Shown here piece after piece: positions 46,163 to 55,849 of a DNA stretch of 64,000 nucleotides. Made by a program: the position numbers and the translations under genes. This DNA comes from Vicinamibacterales bacterium (GTDB taxonomy: Bacteria; Acidobacteriota; Vicinamibacteria; Vicinamibacterales; UBA8438): contig CBDAUL010000009.1 in NCBI GenBank assembly GCA_965200475.1, positions 53,893 to 117,892 of the forward strand, read 5' to 3'. The notes below the pieces were generated by a model, which saw nothing but the letters and a program-made list of their open reading frames with translations, was not told the DNA's origin and searched no databases. Every line of letters starts with the position of its first letter. Within the stretch, counting starts at the first letter, position 1.

Positions 46163-46182
46163 AGCGGCGGAATGGCGGGAGC

Positions 46183-46701
46183 GTGACCGGCGCGGGACTC
46201 CTGGCGGTCGTCGTCCTCCTGGCGGCAGGCGTGGGGGTCGCGCTGCTGCTGCCCGAGCTCCGGCGCCGGCGGCGCGAGGAGGCGCTGCTGCAACTGCTGG
46301 CCACGTTCGGGCCGGCGGTGGCTGCGGGACACGCCGACCCGGAGCGCTTCGTGGCCTGGTCCGAGGTGGCGCGGACGGCGCGCGCGCTGTTCCCCGAGGC
46401 GTTCGCGCAGCTCGACGCCGCGAGCGGCGGTCGGTTTCCCTTCTCGCGGCAGGCGGTGGAGGCCGCCCACGCGCGCTGGACGGCCGACTGGCTGGCCTGG
46501 GAGCGCCGGCACGACCTCGAGTACAAGGAGCGCGCCGCAGCGGCCGAGTCCGCCCTGGCGGGAGCCGACCCGGACGCGGCCGAAGCGCTGCGCACCCGTC
46601 TGGCCGCCGTCAACCAGGAGAAGCTCCAGACCTACCAGGACCGCTACGAAAGGTACGTGCGCGTCGGCAAGGCCATCGCCGCCCTCGAGAACGGAAGTTG
46701 A
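46183..46701 (+). CDS. Hypothetical membrane-anchored protein, first gene of the MoxR cluster
   Basis: 172 aa from GTG 46183. One TM (LLAVVVLLAAGVGVALLL), then a helical Ala/Glu/Arg-rich body. The stop abuts the moxR ATG. Confidence 0.5.
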   Translation: MTGAGLLAVVVLLAAGVGVALLLPELRRRRREEALLQLLATFGPAVAAGHADPERFVAWSEVARTARALFPEAFAQLDAASGGRFPFSRQAVEAAHARWTADWLAWERRHDLEYKERAAAAESALAGADPDAAEALRTRLAAVNQEKLQTYQDRYERYVRVGKAIAALENGS

Positions 46702-47742
46702 ATGGATGCGGATCTCAGGGACGCGGTCGACTTCCACGCGGCGATCGTCGCCGAGGGGAGCAAGGCGCTCGTCGGGTACGAGCGGGAGAAGGCGCTCGCC
46801 AACATGGTGCTGATGGCCGAGATCCCGACGACGTACGACCGCGAGCAGCAGCGCCAGGTCAATGCCGGCAACCTGCTGCTGCGCGGCGTTCCCGGCGTGG
46901 GGAAGACGTTCTTCGGCGTCATCCTGGCCGCCATCAGCGGGGCCAAGTTCGCGCGCCTGCAGGGACGGGCGGATCTGCAGCCGACCGAGGTCGTCGGATT
47001 CGAGATGGTGAACCCGGTCACCGGCGCCCTGATGACCGAGTTCGGCCCGCTGGCGTCGGCGGAAGTCATTCTGCTCGACGAGATCAACCGGATCCCTCTC
47101 AAGTCGCAGAGCGCGTTCCTCGAGGGCCTCCAGGATCGGGCGGTCACCGTCGGCAAGCAGACCTACCAGCTGCCGGCGTTCAGCTTCGCCATCGCCACGA
47201 TGAACCCGGTCGAGCTGGGGCAGGGAACGTTCCCGCTGTCGGAGGCCGCCACGGACCGCTTCGCGATCATGGTGACCATCGGCTACCTGCCGCCGGCCGA
47301 GGAGCAGAAGCTGGTCGACTTCGACTTCAAGAAGGTCAGGCTCGACGGCCTCATCCGCAAGGAACGGGTCATCGAGCTGCGATCCGCCATCACCGAGCGC
47401 GTCTTCCTGCACGAGGCGCTGGGGCGCTACATCCAGCGGCTGGTAGCCGCCTCCCGGCCGTACGACGCCGACACGGAGTGGTTCACCCGCTCGCCGTCGG
47501 AGCTGGTCGAGCGATTCGTCGACCTGGGCGCATCGCCGCGCGCGACCATCTGCTGGGGACGCCTGGTGAAGGTGTGGGCGCTGCTCGCCGGCGGCCGCTC
47601 GGAGGTGTATCCCGAGGACGTGCAGCAACTCGCCCGGTACATCCTCGGCCACCGCGTGTGGCTCGCGCCGCACGCGGCCAACCACGGGGTCCGGGCGGAA
47701 ACCGTCATCGACGACATCGTCGAGCGCGTACCGATTCCATGA
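46702..47742 (+). CDS. moxR: MoxR-family AAA+ ATPase
   Basis: 346 aa. Walker A GVPGVGKT, Walker B ILLDEINR, AAA_3 architecture. Confidence 0.92.
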   Translation: MDADLRDAVDFHAAIVAEGSKALVGYEREKALANMVLMAEIPTTYDREQQRQVNAGNLLLRGVPGVGKTFFGVILAAISGAKFARLQGRADLQPTEVVGFEMVNPVTGALMTEFGPLASAEVILLDEINRIPLKSQSAFLEGLQDRAVTVGKQTYQLPAFSFAIATMNPVELGQGTFPLSEAATDRFAIMVTIGYLPPAEEQKLVDFDFKKVRLDGLIRKERVIELRSAITERVFLHEALGRYIQRLVAASRPYDADTEWFTRSPSELVERFVDLGASPRATICWGRLVKVWALLAGGRSEVYPEDVQQLARYILGHRVWLAPHAANHGVRAETVIDDIVERVPIP

Positions 47743-48644
47743 CGACGCCCGTCGGGGAGCGGCTGGTGAGCTGGGAGGAGATCCAGGACATCGAGCTGGT
47801 CGTGCTGCGCCGGATGCGCGAGCACGCGCCGGGCGCGCACCAGAGCGTCTTCCACGGATCGGGTTTCGATCTGGTCGGGCTGCGCGACTGGCAGCCCGGC
47901 GATCGGCCCTCGGCAGTCGACTGGCCGCAGTCGAGCCTCACCAACTTCAGCCCGCTGATCACCCGCGAGTTCGAGCAGGAGAGCACCGCGCCGGTCATCA
48001 TCGTCGCCGACACGTCGCGTTCGACGCAGTGCGGCGTCGACGGCACGCCGATCGCCAAGGTGATCGCCCGCACGGTCGCCACCCTGGGGCTGGCCGCGGC
48101 CTTCTGCCAGGACCTGGTCGGGCTCATCGCGATGGACGGCCGCCGGCGGCGGCTGGCCGCGCGGCCGCGCACCGGCAGGAATCACGCCATGCACTGCGTG
48201 GACGTCTATCAAGACAGCCTGTCGGACGCGGCCGGCGATCGCTGTCCGGAGGGGCACGGCGACCTGGCCGGCCTGCTTCGCAAGCGCTCGCTCATGCCGG
48301 TCGTGTCGGACTTTCTCGTCGATCCGCCGGAGACTCTCGTCGAGGAGTTCGCGGCGCTGAACGCGCTGCACGACGTGTTCTTCGTGATGGTCGACAGCGC
48401 CTTCGCCTTCGAGCTGCCCCCGGTGTCGACCGGCTGGATCGAGGTGTACGACGCGGAATCGGGGCAGCCCCGCCTGCTCTCCGCGCGCGATATCGAGGGG
48501 CTGGGCGAGCGGGTCCGCGACTGGCAGGATCGCTCCGCGGCGGCGGCGCGGCAGCGCGGTCTCGACGTCGTCCGCGTGCAGTCCGGGCGCGAGCACGGGG
48601 CGCTCGCCGAGTTTCTCGACAGCCGGCGGAGGCGCAAGCGATGA
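47739..48644 (+). CDS. DUF58 protein (MoxR partner)
   Basis: 301 aa. GSGFDLVGLRDWQPGDRPSAVDW is typical of DUF58. ATGA overlap with moxR. Confidence 0.88.
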   Translation: MTTPVGERLVSWEEIQDIELVVLRRMREHAPGAHQSVFHGSGFDLVGLRDWQPGDRPSAVDWPQSSLTNFSPLITREFEQESTAPVIIVADTSRSTQCGVDGTPIAKVIARTVATLGLAAAFCQDLVGLIAMDGRRRRLAARPRTGRNHAMHCVDVYQDSLSDAAGDRCPEGHGDLAGLLRKRSLMPVVSDFLVDPPETLVEEFAALNALHDVFFVMVDSAFAFELPPVSTGWIEVYDAESGQPRLLSARDIEGLGERVRDWQDRSAAAARQRGLDVVRVQSGREHGALAEFLDSRRRRKR

Positions 48645-49870
48645 GTCCTGTCCTGCCACCGCTCCTGGTGCTGGCCGCCGTGTGGGCGGGCGGCCAGCTC
48701 GGCGGCGCGGCGGCCGCCGGCGCTCAATCCCGGGTTGCCCGGGAGGCGACGGATGCGCTCCGTTGCTGGCGGCGGGTCGATCCGGGCTCCGTGCGGGTCG
48801 GCGAGCACTTCACGATGACGCTGACCTGCCGCGTCGTGGAGACGGACCGCGCCCGGGCCGTGCCGGATCTGGCCGGGCTGGAGCCCGAGACGCTGGAGGT
48901 GCCCCCGTTCGACGTCCTGCGCGGGGAGCGCTTCGCCGACGTCCGTACGGGTCCCGAGCGCCTGTTCCAGTACCACTACACGCTGCGTCTCGCCGGGGAG
49001 GACCACTTCGGCGCCGATGTCGAGTTGCCGCCGCTCGAGCTCCACTACCGCATCGAACGGCAGCTCGAGGACGGGGCGCTCCTGCCCGGACGGGAGTTGA
49101 CGTACATCCTGCCGGCCGAATCCATCCGCGTCCTGTCGCTGGTTCCGGAAGACGGCGGCGATATCCGCGGCCTCGAGCCGGGCACGCTGGGCGCCGCCGA
49201 GACGCGCGGGTTTCGCGCCCGGCTGGCGATGCTGGTTGCCGTGGGACTGGGCGTCGTGGCGGTCGGACTGCTCGCCCTGGGCGTGCGGCGCGCGCGGCGG
49301 GAGCGGCGGGGCCTGGCCGCACGAGCGGCGCGGCCGGCGCCGGCCGCCGCGGTCGCCTGGGCGGCGGCTGGGGAGCTGGCGGCGCTACGGGAGCTGAGCC
49401 TCACCGCTGGCTGGACGCAGGCTGCGATACAGCGGGCGCTCACGGCCCTGCGTCTGGCGGCGGCGGTCGCGCTGGGGCGGCCGGCGGCCGAGCGCGCCGG
49501 CGGCGCAGCCGGCGAGCCGCTGGCGGGCGAGCTGCGGGTCCGCACCGGCCTGCTGCGGGCGCGGTCCGTCGTCGTGTCCTCCGCCGTGACGCCGGGGCGC
49601 CTGGCGAGCGCGGCGGCCCGCGGCGGCGCGGCGACCGCATCGGCGGCCTGCTCCGACGGCGATCTGGAGCGGCTGCGGAGCGCCCTCGCGGCGTTCAGCG
49701 CGGCGCGCTATGCCCGCGGCGGAGAGCCGGACGGCGACCTGCTGGCGGCGGAGCTCGACAGCGGACTCGCGGCGACGCGGCCGCTCCGCTTCCGCACGCT
49801 GGCGGCGGTCCGCCGCGTCGAGCAGGCGGCCGCTGCCGTCCGGGACTGGTGGCGGTCATGGACACGCTGA
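48641..49870 (+). CDS. Hypothetical exported/membrane protein, possibly BatD-like
   Basis: 409 aa. Signal peptide, beta-rich N-domain, one TM (LAMLVAVGLGVVAVGLLAL), Ala-rich tail. ATGA overlap with the DUF58 gene. Family call tentative. Confidence 0.6.
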   Translation: MSPVLPPLLVLAAVWAGGQLGGAAAAGAQSRVAREATDALRCWRRVDPGSVRVGEHFTMTLTCRVVETDRARAVPDLAGLEPETLEVPPFDVLRGERFADVRTGPERLFQYHYTLRLAGEDHFGADVELPPLELHYRIERQLEDGALLPGRELTYILPAESIRVLSLVPEDGGDIRGLEPGTLGAAETRGFRARLAMLVAVGLGVVAVGLLALGVRRARRERRGLAARAARPAPAAAVAWAAAGELAALRELSLTAGWTQAAIQRALTALRLAAAVALGRPAAERAGGAAGEPLAGELRVRTGLLRARSVVVSSAVTPGRLASAAARGGAATASAACSDGDLERLRSALAAFSAARYARGGEPDGDLLAAELDSGLAATRPLRFRTLAAVRRVEQAAAAVRDWWRSWTR

Positions 49871-50949
49871 CGGCGCTGGCGTCCCGGATCGGCGCCACCC
49901 TGGGCGAGTTGGGCCGGCTGGCGCCGGGGGAGTTCGGGTTCGTGCGGCAGCGCGAGGCGCTGCTCGCCGCGGCCGTGCTCGGGATGCTCGCGCTCGGCGC
50001 GCTGGTGGCGCGCGCGGTCAGGGCCCACCGTCCCGGGCGGCGTGCAATCATGCTGCCTGCGCTCGTGCCGGGGGACGCCCGCCCCGGCCGCGGCGCCGTG
50101 CGCCACGGCGCGTTCCTGCTGTTCGTCGCCGGGCTGCCGTTCTTCGCGGCGGCCCTCGCAGCGCCGCAGGCCACCCTGGTGCAGGAGGAGACCTCGTACC
50201 CCGGTCATCGGATCACGATCCTGATCGATGCGTCGCTGAGCATGAACTCCGCGTTCTCGACCCGCCAACTGCGGGCCGGCAACACGTTCCTGGCGAACGT
50301 GGCGGCGGCGGAGTACTTCGTGCGCCGGCGCATGGACGGCCCCTATCACGACCTCGTCGCCCTCATCGAGTTCGGCAGCCGCGCGTACATCGTCACGCCG
50401 TTCACCAACGACTACGAGAACATCCTGCTGAGCATCGGGCTGATCGGCACGCCCGAGGAGTACCGCCGCTTTCCCGACCACGGCACGCTGATCATGGAAG
50501 CCATCAACCGGGGCGTGCAACTGTTCCGCACCTTCGACTTCCTGCAGGCGACCGGCAACCTCATCGTCATCTTCAGCGACGGACAGGACACGCACGCGGT
50601 CCACGAGGACCGCTCGCTGGACGACATCCTGCGCGAGGCCTCCGACAACCGCATTCCGGTGTACTTCATCCGCACCAGCTACGACCGGCAGCTCGGCGAC
50701 ATCCTGCCGGACGTGGTGTGGAAGGACGCGGTCGAGCGGACGGGCGGCCAGTTCTTCCCGGCCGCCAACGAGGAGATGATTATCGAGGCGATCCACGAGA
50801 TCGATCGGCTGGCGGCCGGGCGCATCCAGGTGACCCGCTACGTCACGCGCGATCCGCGGTTCGCCCCGTTCGCGCTGATCGCGGCGGCGCTGTGGACGGT
50901 TGCGCTCGCCCTGACCCTCGGCATCCGGACATTCAGGAGATTCCCGTGA
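49858..50949 (+). CDS. VWA-domain membrane protein (BatA/BatB-like)
   Basis: 363 aa. N-terminal TMs, MIDAS motif ILIDASLSM, C-terminal TM. 13-nt overlap with the upstream gene. Confidence 0.85.
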   Translation: MDTLTALASRIGATLGELGRLAPGEFGFVRQREALLAAAVLGMLALGALVARAVRAHRPGRRAIMLPALVPGDARPGRGAVRHGAFLLFVAGLPFFAAALAAPQATLVQEETSYPGHRITILIDASLSMNSAFSTRQLRAGNTFLANVAAAEYFVRRRMDGPYHDLVALIEFGSRAYIVTPFTNDYENILLSIGLIGTPEEYRRFPDHGTLIMEAINRGVQLFRTFDFLQATGNLIVIFSDGQDTHAVHEDRSLDDILREASDNRIPVYFIRTSYDRQLGDILPDVVWKDAVERTGGQFFPAANEEMIIEAIHEIDRLAAGRIQVTRYVTRDPRFAPFALIAAALWTVALALTLGIRTFRRFP

Positions 50950-51647
50950 GCTCGATGATCGACCCCCGCTGCGCGCTGACCGCGGTGGCGGTGGCCGTGC
51001 TGGCGGCCGCCTGCGCCGCCTGGGCCGTCGTGGAGCGCGGACTGGCCGAGGCCCAGCACGCGCTGGCGGCGGCGAACCTGGGCGTGGCCGAGCAGGCGTA
51101 CGCCCGGGTCGGGGACTACCTGCGGCCCGCGGACCGGATACCGTGGGCGCTGGCGGGCGTGCGGGAGGAGATCGCCGCCCGGCGCGCCGCGATTCGCTAC
51201 TGGCAGGGGGACTACGCCGCGCTGCTGGCGGAAGCGGCCGGCAGGCTGCCCGCCGCCGAGCGGGGAGGCAGCGCCGCCCTGCGGCTGGCCGTCGCCGGCG
51301 CGACCTACCGGACGGGCCAGCGCCCGGGGGCGTCGCGCGAGGAGGTGCTCGACAGTCTCGACCGCGCGATCGCGCTGTACGTCGAGCTGCTGCGGGACGA
51401 CGGCGACAATCCCGACGTGGCGTTCAACTACGAGCTCCTGGTGCGCCGCCGCAACGCGCTGGCGGCTGGCGGCCAACCGCTCCCGGCCGGGCCCGGGAAC
51501 CCCCTGGGTCGGGAAGGCGGGCAGCCGCTCGACGACGAGACCGGTCTCGACGACATCCAGATCTACGTGCCGCTGAACCAGGACGAGCGGGATCGGATTG
51601 ACGACCCGACCAGGGGCGGCGATCCCCCGCTGCGGCGCCGGGGATGA
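50946..51647 (+). CDS. Hypothetical membrane-anchored helical protein (BatC-like position)
   Basis: 233 aa from GTG 50946 (ATG 50955 is an alternative). One N-terminal TM, then a helical TPR-like body. Overlaps both neighbours by 4 nt. Confidence 0.6.
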   Translation: MSSMIDPRCALTAVAVAVLAAACAAWAVVERGLAEAQHALAAANLGVAEQAYARVGDYLRPADRIPWALAGVREEIAARRAAIRYWQGDYAALLAEAAGRLPAAERGGSAALRLAVAGATYRTGQRPGASREEVLDSLDRAIALYVELLRDDGDNPDVAFNYELLVRRRNALAAGGQPLPAGPGNPLGREGGQPLDDETGLDDIQIYVPLNQDERDRIDDPTRGGDPPLRRRG

Positions 51648-52717
51648 TCCACTTCCTCCAGCCGTTGTACCTGTGGCTGCTGGCGCTGCCGGCCGCGCTG
51701 CTGGCGGCCTGGCTCTGGCAGCTCGCGCGGCGGCGGCGGGACACGCGGCGGTACCAGCACCGCCGCGTGCTGCCGGTGCGCGAACGCTACGCGCCGGCGG
51801 GTGGACTCACGTTCTGGCTGTGCCTGATTCTCGCGGTCGCCTGCCTCGTCGCGGCGCTGGCGCGGCCGCAGGCCCGCGTCAGCCGCGTGCGCCGGGCGGG
51901 CATCGACTTCATCGTCCTGCAGGACGGATCGACGTCGATGCGCGTGACGGACGTGCGCCCCGACCGCTGGCGGCGCTCGACGGCCTGGCTGCGCACGTTC
52001 GCCGAGACGCTGAGCTGGACGGATCAGCGGGTCGCCCTGGCGCTGTTCGCCTACCGCCCGGCGCCGCAGGTGCGCCTGACGACCGATCCGAACGCCTTCT
52101 TCTTCTTCCTCGACCACCTGGGCGACGCGCCGCCGTTCCGCCTCGAGGACGACACCAGTTGGGACACGAACATCGAGGAGGGGATCTTCTGGGGCGTCAA
52201 GATGGTCGACGTCGACGAGGAGCTGTACGGGCGCCGGCAGAACGCCCGGGCGTTCGTCGTGGTTTCCGACGGACAGGCCTGGAGCGGCGAGGTGGGCAGG
52301 GCGCTCGAGCTGGCCCGCAGCCGGGGCATCCGCGTCTACGTCGTCGGGGTCGGCACGACGGCCGGCGGCCTCATACCCGATCTGCCGCCGCGACGGTACG
52401 AGCCGCCGCCCGAGCCGATCCATTCGGCGCTGGACCGGCAATCGCTGCGGGCCATTGCGCAGGCCGGCGGCGGGCGCTACTACGAGCTGGGCATGCAGTC
52501 GGACCAGTTGACCGCGTTGCGCATTCTGGCCGACGCCCGGCAGTTCGCCCGGCGCACGGGCCGGGAAGAGACCGTCGAGGAGCTGTACTGGCCCCTGCTG
52601 GCGGCCGCGGCCGGGTGGATCGGCCTCGGGGTGCTGTTCATCAGGGAGCGCACGCAGCTCTGGTGGCAGCTCGCCGCCGGGCTCGGACTGTTCGCGGCGC
52701 TCTGGACGCTTGTCTGA
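51644..52717 (+). CDS. VWA-domain membrane protein (BatA-like)
   Basis: 357 aa. N-terminal TMs, MIDAS motif IVLQDGSTSM, C-terminal TM. Confidence 0.85.
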   Translation: MIHFLQPLYLWLLALPAALLAAWLWQLARRRRDTRRYQHRRVLPVRERYAPAGGLTFWLCLILAVACLVAALARPQARVSRVRRAGIDFIVLQDGSTSMRVTDVRPDRWRRSTAWLRTFAETLSWTDQRVALALFAYRPAPQVRLTTDPNAFFFFLDHLGDAPPFRLEDDTSWDTNIEEGIFWGVKMVDVDEELYGRRQNARAFVVVSDGQAWSGEVGRALELARSRGIRVYVVGVGTTAGGLIPDLPPRRYEPPPEPIHSALDRQSLRAIAQAGGGRYYELGMQSDQLTALRILADARQFARRTGREETVEELYWPLLAAAAGWIGLGVLFIRERTQLWWQLAAGLGLFAALWTLV

Positions 52718-52859
52718 AGGCATTCTCAGCGCCGGCCAGACCGAGTCGACGTCGAGAAGCCGGGAACGGCCGCGCCGCAGCTCGCGGTATCATTGTCCGA
52801 GCCTGGAACCGCACCGGCCGACGCTCTTCATCGTGCCGGCCTTGCCGGCAGGAGGAAGC

Positions 52860-53840
52860 ATGATGCGACAGCAGCACTCGTCCCCGTTCCGGCTGCGACT
52901 CGGTCTTCGTCGACGCGCAGCGTATCTGGCCATTCTGACGGCCGCCGGACTGGCAATCACCGCCGGCGCCCACGAGGTGCAGCAGGGAACGCCGGCACCG
53001 ATCACCGACATGCAGGAGGTGGCCGAGAACCTGTACATGCTCGCCAACGCCGACCCTGCCGACGGCGACGCCTGGACCGGCGGCAACATCGGCGTCTGGG
53101 TGACGGAGACGGGCGTGGTGCTCGTCGACACCAAGCTGCCCGGCTACGGGCAGGCGATCCTGGACCAGGTCCGCAGCGTCACCGACAAGCCGGTCACCAC
53201 CATCATCAACACCCACACGCATTTCGACCACAGCGGCAGCAACACCGAGTTTCCCGAGACCGTCACCATCGTGACGCACGAGGGAACGGCCGCGCAGATG
53301 GCGCGCGACGACTGCCAGCCGGTCACCAACTGCGAGGCGTTCCAGGGCGACAACGCCCGGTTCCTGCCCGACCTGACCTACAGCGAGCGCATGTCGCTCT
53401 TCAGCGGCCGCGATCAGGTCGACCTCTACCACTTCGGCCGCGGCCACACGAACGGCGACACGCTCATCGTGTTCCCGGCGGTGCGCGTCATGCACAGCGG
53501 CGACCTGTTCCCGTGGCGGCGGCTGCCGTTCGTGGACGCGGACAACAGCGGGGGCAGCGCGGTCGACTACGGCGAGACGCTCAACAAGGCGGTCGCGGGC
53601 ATCCCGGACGTCGACCGGATCATCACCGGCCACATCAACAACCCGGTGGCCTGGTCCGAATTCGAGGCGTTCGCCGGCTTCTACAACCACCTGGCCGGCG
53701 TGGCCCGGGCGGGGATGGAAGCGGGGCAGAGCGTCGACGACGCGGCCGCCGGCTACGCGGTGCCGGACGAGTACAGCGAGTTCAGCGCCGAGCCGGACAC
53801 GGTGCGGTCCATCATGCAGCTCATCTACGACGGCCGGTAG
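52860..53840 (+). CDS. Exported metallo-beta-lactamase-fold hydrolase
   Basis: 326 aa from ATG 52860, with GGAGGA upstream. Arg-rich signal RLRLGLRRRAAYL. NTHTHFDHSG motif. Confidence 0.85.
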   Translation: MMRQQHSSPFRLRLGLRRRAAYLAILTAAGLAITAGAHEVQQGTPAPITDMQEVAENLYMLANADPADGDAWTGGNIGVWVTETGVVLVDTKLPGYGQAILDQVRSVTDKPVTTIINTHTHFDHSGSNTEFPETVTIVTHEGTAAQMARDDCQPVTNCEAFQGDNARFLPDLTYSERMSLFSGRDQVDLYHFGRGHTNGDTLIVFPAVRVMHSGDLFPWRRLPFVDADNSGGSAVDYGETLNKAVAGIPDVDRIITGHINNPVAWSEFEAFAGFYNHLAGVARAGMEAGQSVDDAAAGYAVPDEYSEFSAEPDTVRSIMQLIYDGR

Positions 53841-53921
53841 GAGTCTGCGCCGCAGAACGGCCCGGCGTCCCGCAGGCCCGGCTGGGCGCCAGGCGGAGCC
53901 GCCGGGCGACGATTGGCGGGC
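53838..53921 (-). repeat. Family B repeat, degenerate copy B5
   Basis: The reverse complement retains GCCCGCCAATCGTCGCC...GGCGGCTCCG and CCGTTCTGCGGCGCAGACTCCTA, but the 5' arm of the hairpin is lost. Its terminal TAG is the MBL gene stop codon. Confidence 0.55.
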
Positions 53922-53953
53922 CGGGAATCGGGTCGGCTCCGGGTACGGGACCA

Positions 53954-55225
53954 ATGGCAGATTTCATCGGTCGGCGTGCGGCACGGCTGTCGGCAGGGGG
54001 CGCGGCCCTGCTGGCCTGCCTGTACCTCTCGGCGGGGAGCGCGGCCGCCCAGGACGAGATCCTCGTGCTGGGCGGCGCCGGGCGTCATTGCGGGGAAGAC
54101 CCGCACTGCATCAACCGGCTGCATCCCGCGATTCCGATGGCGGCCCGGGCGGAGCCGGGCCAGACCATCGTGTTCCGCGCCCGCAACGCGAGCGACTTCG
54201 ATCTCGACCCGGCAAGCACGTACGACGACCCGCGCGCCGGCGCCGACCAGATCGCGACGGTCCATCCGCTGACCGGACCGGTCCACATCGAGGGGGCGCG
54301 CCCGGGCGACGTGCTGGCCGTCACGCTGCTCGACATCGCCCCGGGAGCCTTCGGCTACACATCGGTCAGCCCGATCGGGTTCGTCTCCGATCACGTCAGC
54401 GGATCGTTCCGCGCCCTGTGGCGCCTCAACCGGACCGCGGCCGTGAGCGACGACCTGCCGGGTGTGCGCGTGCCGAACGCCAGCTTCCCCGGCATCGTCA
54501 CCGTGCTCCCGGGTCCGGACGAGCTCGCCGTCATGCTGTCGCGCGAGGCGGAGCTGCGCGCGGTCGGCGGGGCCGGGTTCGCGCCCCATCCGCTGCATGC
54601 CTCCCCGGCGGCAATCTGCGGTCCCGGCGGCTCGCACGCCGCCGAATGCCTGCGCACGCTCCCGCCCCGCGAGCACGGCGGCAACCTCGACATCCGCTAC
54701 CTGCAGGTCGGGGTGACGCTGTACCTGCCGTGCTACGTCGAGGGCTGCGGCCTCGCCATCGGCGACCCGCACTTCGCCCAGGGCGACGGCGAGGTCTCGG
54801 GCACCGCGATCGAGATGGACGCCGACTTCACGGTGACCACGCGGCTCATCCAGGACGGGCCGGCGCTGCGCCGCGGCCCGCACTTCGAGGGACCGGTGCG
54901 CGTGCTCGACATCCCGTCCAGGCGCTTCTACGCAACGACGGGGTTTCCGCTCAAGGCGGCCGGCGAGGTGCCGCCCGACATGCGCTATCTCGGCGCCTCG
55001 GAGCGGATCGGCGGCCTGCGGAACCTCTCGAAGGACGTCTCGCTGGCCGCGCGCAACGCCCTCCTCGAGATGATCGACTACATGACCGCGACCTACGGCC
55101 TGACCCGCGAGCAGGCCTACGTGGTCGCCAGCGTCGCCGTGGACCTGCGCATCGGCCAGCTCGTCGACGCGCCCAACGTCGGCGTGACCGCCCTGCTGCC
55201 GCTGGACATCTTCACCGGCCGCTGA
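53954..55225 (+). CDS. Acetamidase/formamidase-family amidohydrolase
   Basis: 423 aa from ATG 53954. Signal-like N-terminus. HPLTGPVHIEGARPGD, PREHGGNLD and GDPHFAQGDGEV are typical of FmdA/AmdA. Confidence 0.85.
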   Translation: MADFIGRRAARLSAGGAALLACLYLSAGSAAAQDEILVLGGAGRHCGEDPHCINRLHPAIPMAARAEPGQTIVFRARNASDFDLDPASTYDDPRAGADQIATVHPLTGPVHIEGARPGDVLAVTLLDIAPGAFGYTSVSPIGFVSDHVSGSFRALWRLNRTAAVSDDLPGVRVPNASFPGIVTVLPGPDELAVMLSREAELRAVGGAGFAPHPLHASPAAICGPGGSHAAECLRTLPPREHGGNLDIRYLQVGVTLYLPCYVEGCGLAIGDPHFAQGDGEVSGTAIEMDADFTVTTRLIQDGPALRRGPHFEGPVRVLDIPSRRFYATTGFPLKAAGEVPPDMRYLGASERIGGLRNLSKDVSLAARNALLEMIDYMTATYGLTREQAYVVASVAVDLRIGQLVDAPNVGVTALLPLDIFTGR

Positions 55226-55270
55226 GCCGCCCCGGCGGTTCGCTACAATGGTTCCGAGCCCGCAGGGTCC

Positions 55271-55347
55271 GCGCGTGTAGCTCAGTTGGATAGAGCGACG
55301 GCCTCCTAAGCCGTAGGCCGCAGGTTCGAATCCTGCCACGCGCGCCA
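55271..55347 (+). tRNA. tRNA-Arg (anticodon CCT), CCA encoded
   Basis: Acceptor GCGCGTG/CACGCGC, anticodon arm ACGGC-CTCCTAA-GCCGT, T arm GCAGG-TTCGAAT-CCTGC, discriminator G then CCA. TACAAT at 55244-55249. Confidence 0.9.
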
Positions 55348-55404
55348 AACCCCTGTCCCGGCCAGTCCGAGAAACTCTCAAAATTGCCCCATGAACACTG
55401 GACG
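55332..55404 (+). repeat. att-like repeat copy 1 (tRNA-Arg 3' end plus about 55 nt)
   Basis: CCTGCCACGCGCGCCAA is identical to 58180-58196. The downstream sequence is homologous to 58197-58250. Confidence 0.8.
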
Positions 55405-55486
55405 ATCTTGCCTTCGCGAGCTCAAGCAGGCGCTGGCCGAGGACCGCCTGCGGCGAGTGCTGGTCGAGGATGGCCGGCTGGAATGA
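55384..55486 (+). pseudogene. ParD-like antitoxin remnant (internally deleted or frameshifted)
   Basis: TTG-PHEHWT parallels TTG-SYECWT of the 58230 parD. A second frame (ATG 55391) gives ...LRELKQALAEDRL, resembling the ParD tail FEALQAAVREGL. The central RHH/helix region is missing. Confidence 0.45.
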
Positions 55487-55535
55487 CGCGCCCGATGTTC
55501 AACACCTGGGCGAACGATACGGATATGCTGAGGAG

Positions 55536-55766
55536 ATGTTGGCCAAGTCAGAGATCAGGAGAGAAGCGCTCAGTCTTCCCGCACAGGAACGCATCGAGCT
55601 CGTCGTCGAGCTCTGGGACAGTCTGGCGCCGGGGGAGATTCCGGTCCCTGACTGGCAGCGGGATCTGATTCGTGACCGTCTGGCGACGCTCGAGGGGGTC
55701 CTTCCCGAGGAGCGTTCGGTGCCCTGGGAGGCGGTCCGCAAGCGAATCTTCTCCGACAAGACGTGA
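55536..55766 (+). CDS. Putative addiction-module antitoxin component (TIGR02574-like)
   Basis: 76 aa from ATG 55536, with AGGAG upstream. LSLPAQERIELVVELWDSL...DWQRDLIRDRLATLE is typical of this antitoxin family. Confidence 0.7.
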   Translation: MLAKSEIRREALSLPAQERIELVVELWDSLAPGEIPVPDWQRDLIRDRLATLEGVLPEERSVPWEAVRKRIFSDKT

Positions 55767-55849
55767 CGCTGCCCGTCCGGCTGACGTCCGCTGCGGTGCA
55801 GGATCTGGCGCTCGCCGAACGGTGGTACCTCAACGAGGCACCACACGTC
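55763..55849 (+). pseudogene. RelE/ParE-type toxin truncated after about 29 codons
   Basis: GTGA overlap with the antitoxin. VTLPVRLTSAAVQDLALAERWYLNEAPHV looks like a ParE/RelE N-terminus. The reading frame then runs into an inverted IS fragment. Confidence 0.5.

Noticed and set aside
55384-55668. A 94-aa ORF (MPHEHWTILPSRAQAGAG...) directly after tRNA-Arg, considered as a real gene.
   Set aside because: Only its first ~7 codons resemble anything (the ParD start). The rest is low-complexity and overlaps the well-supported antitoxin gene in another frame. It is better explained as a remnant.
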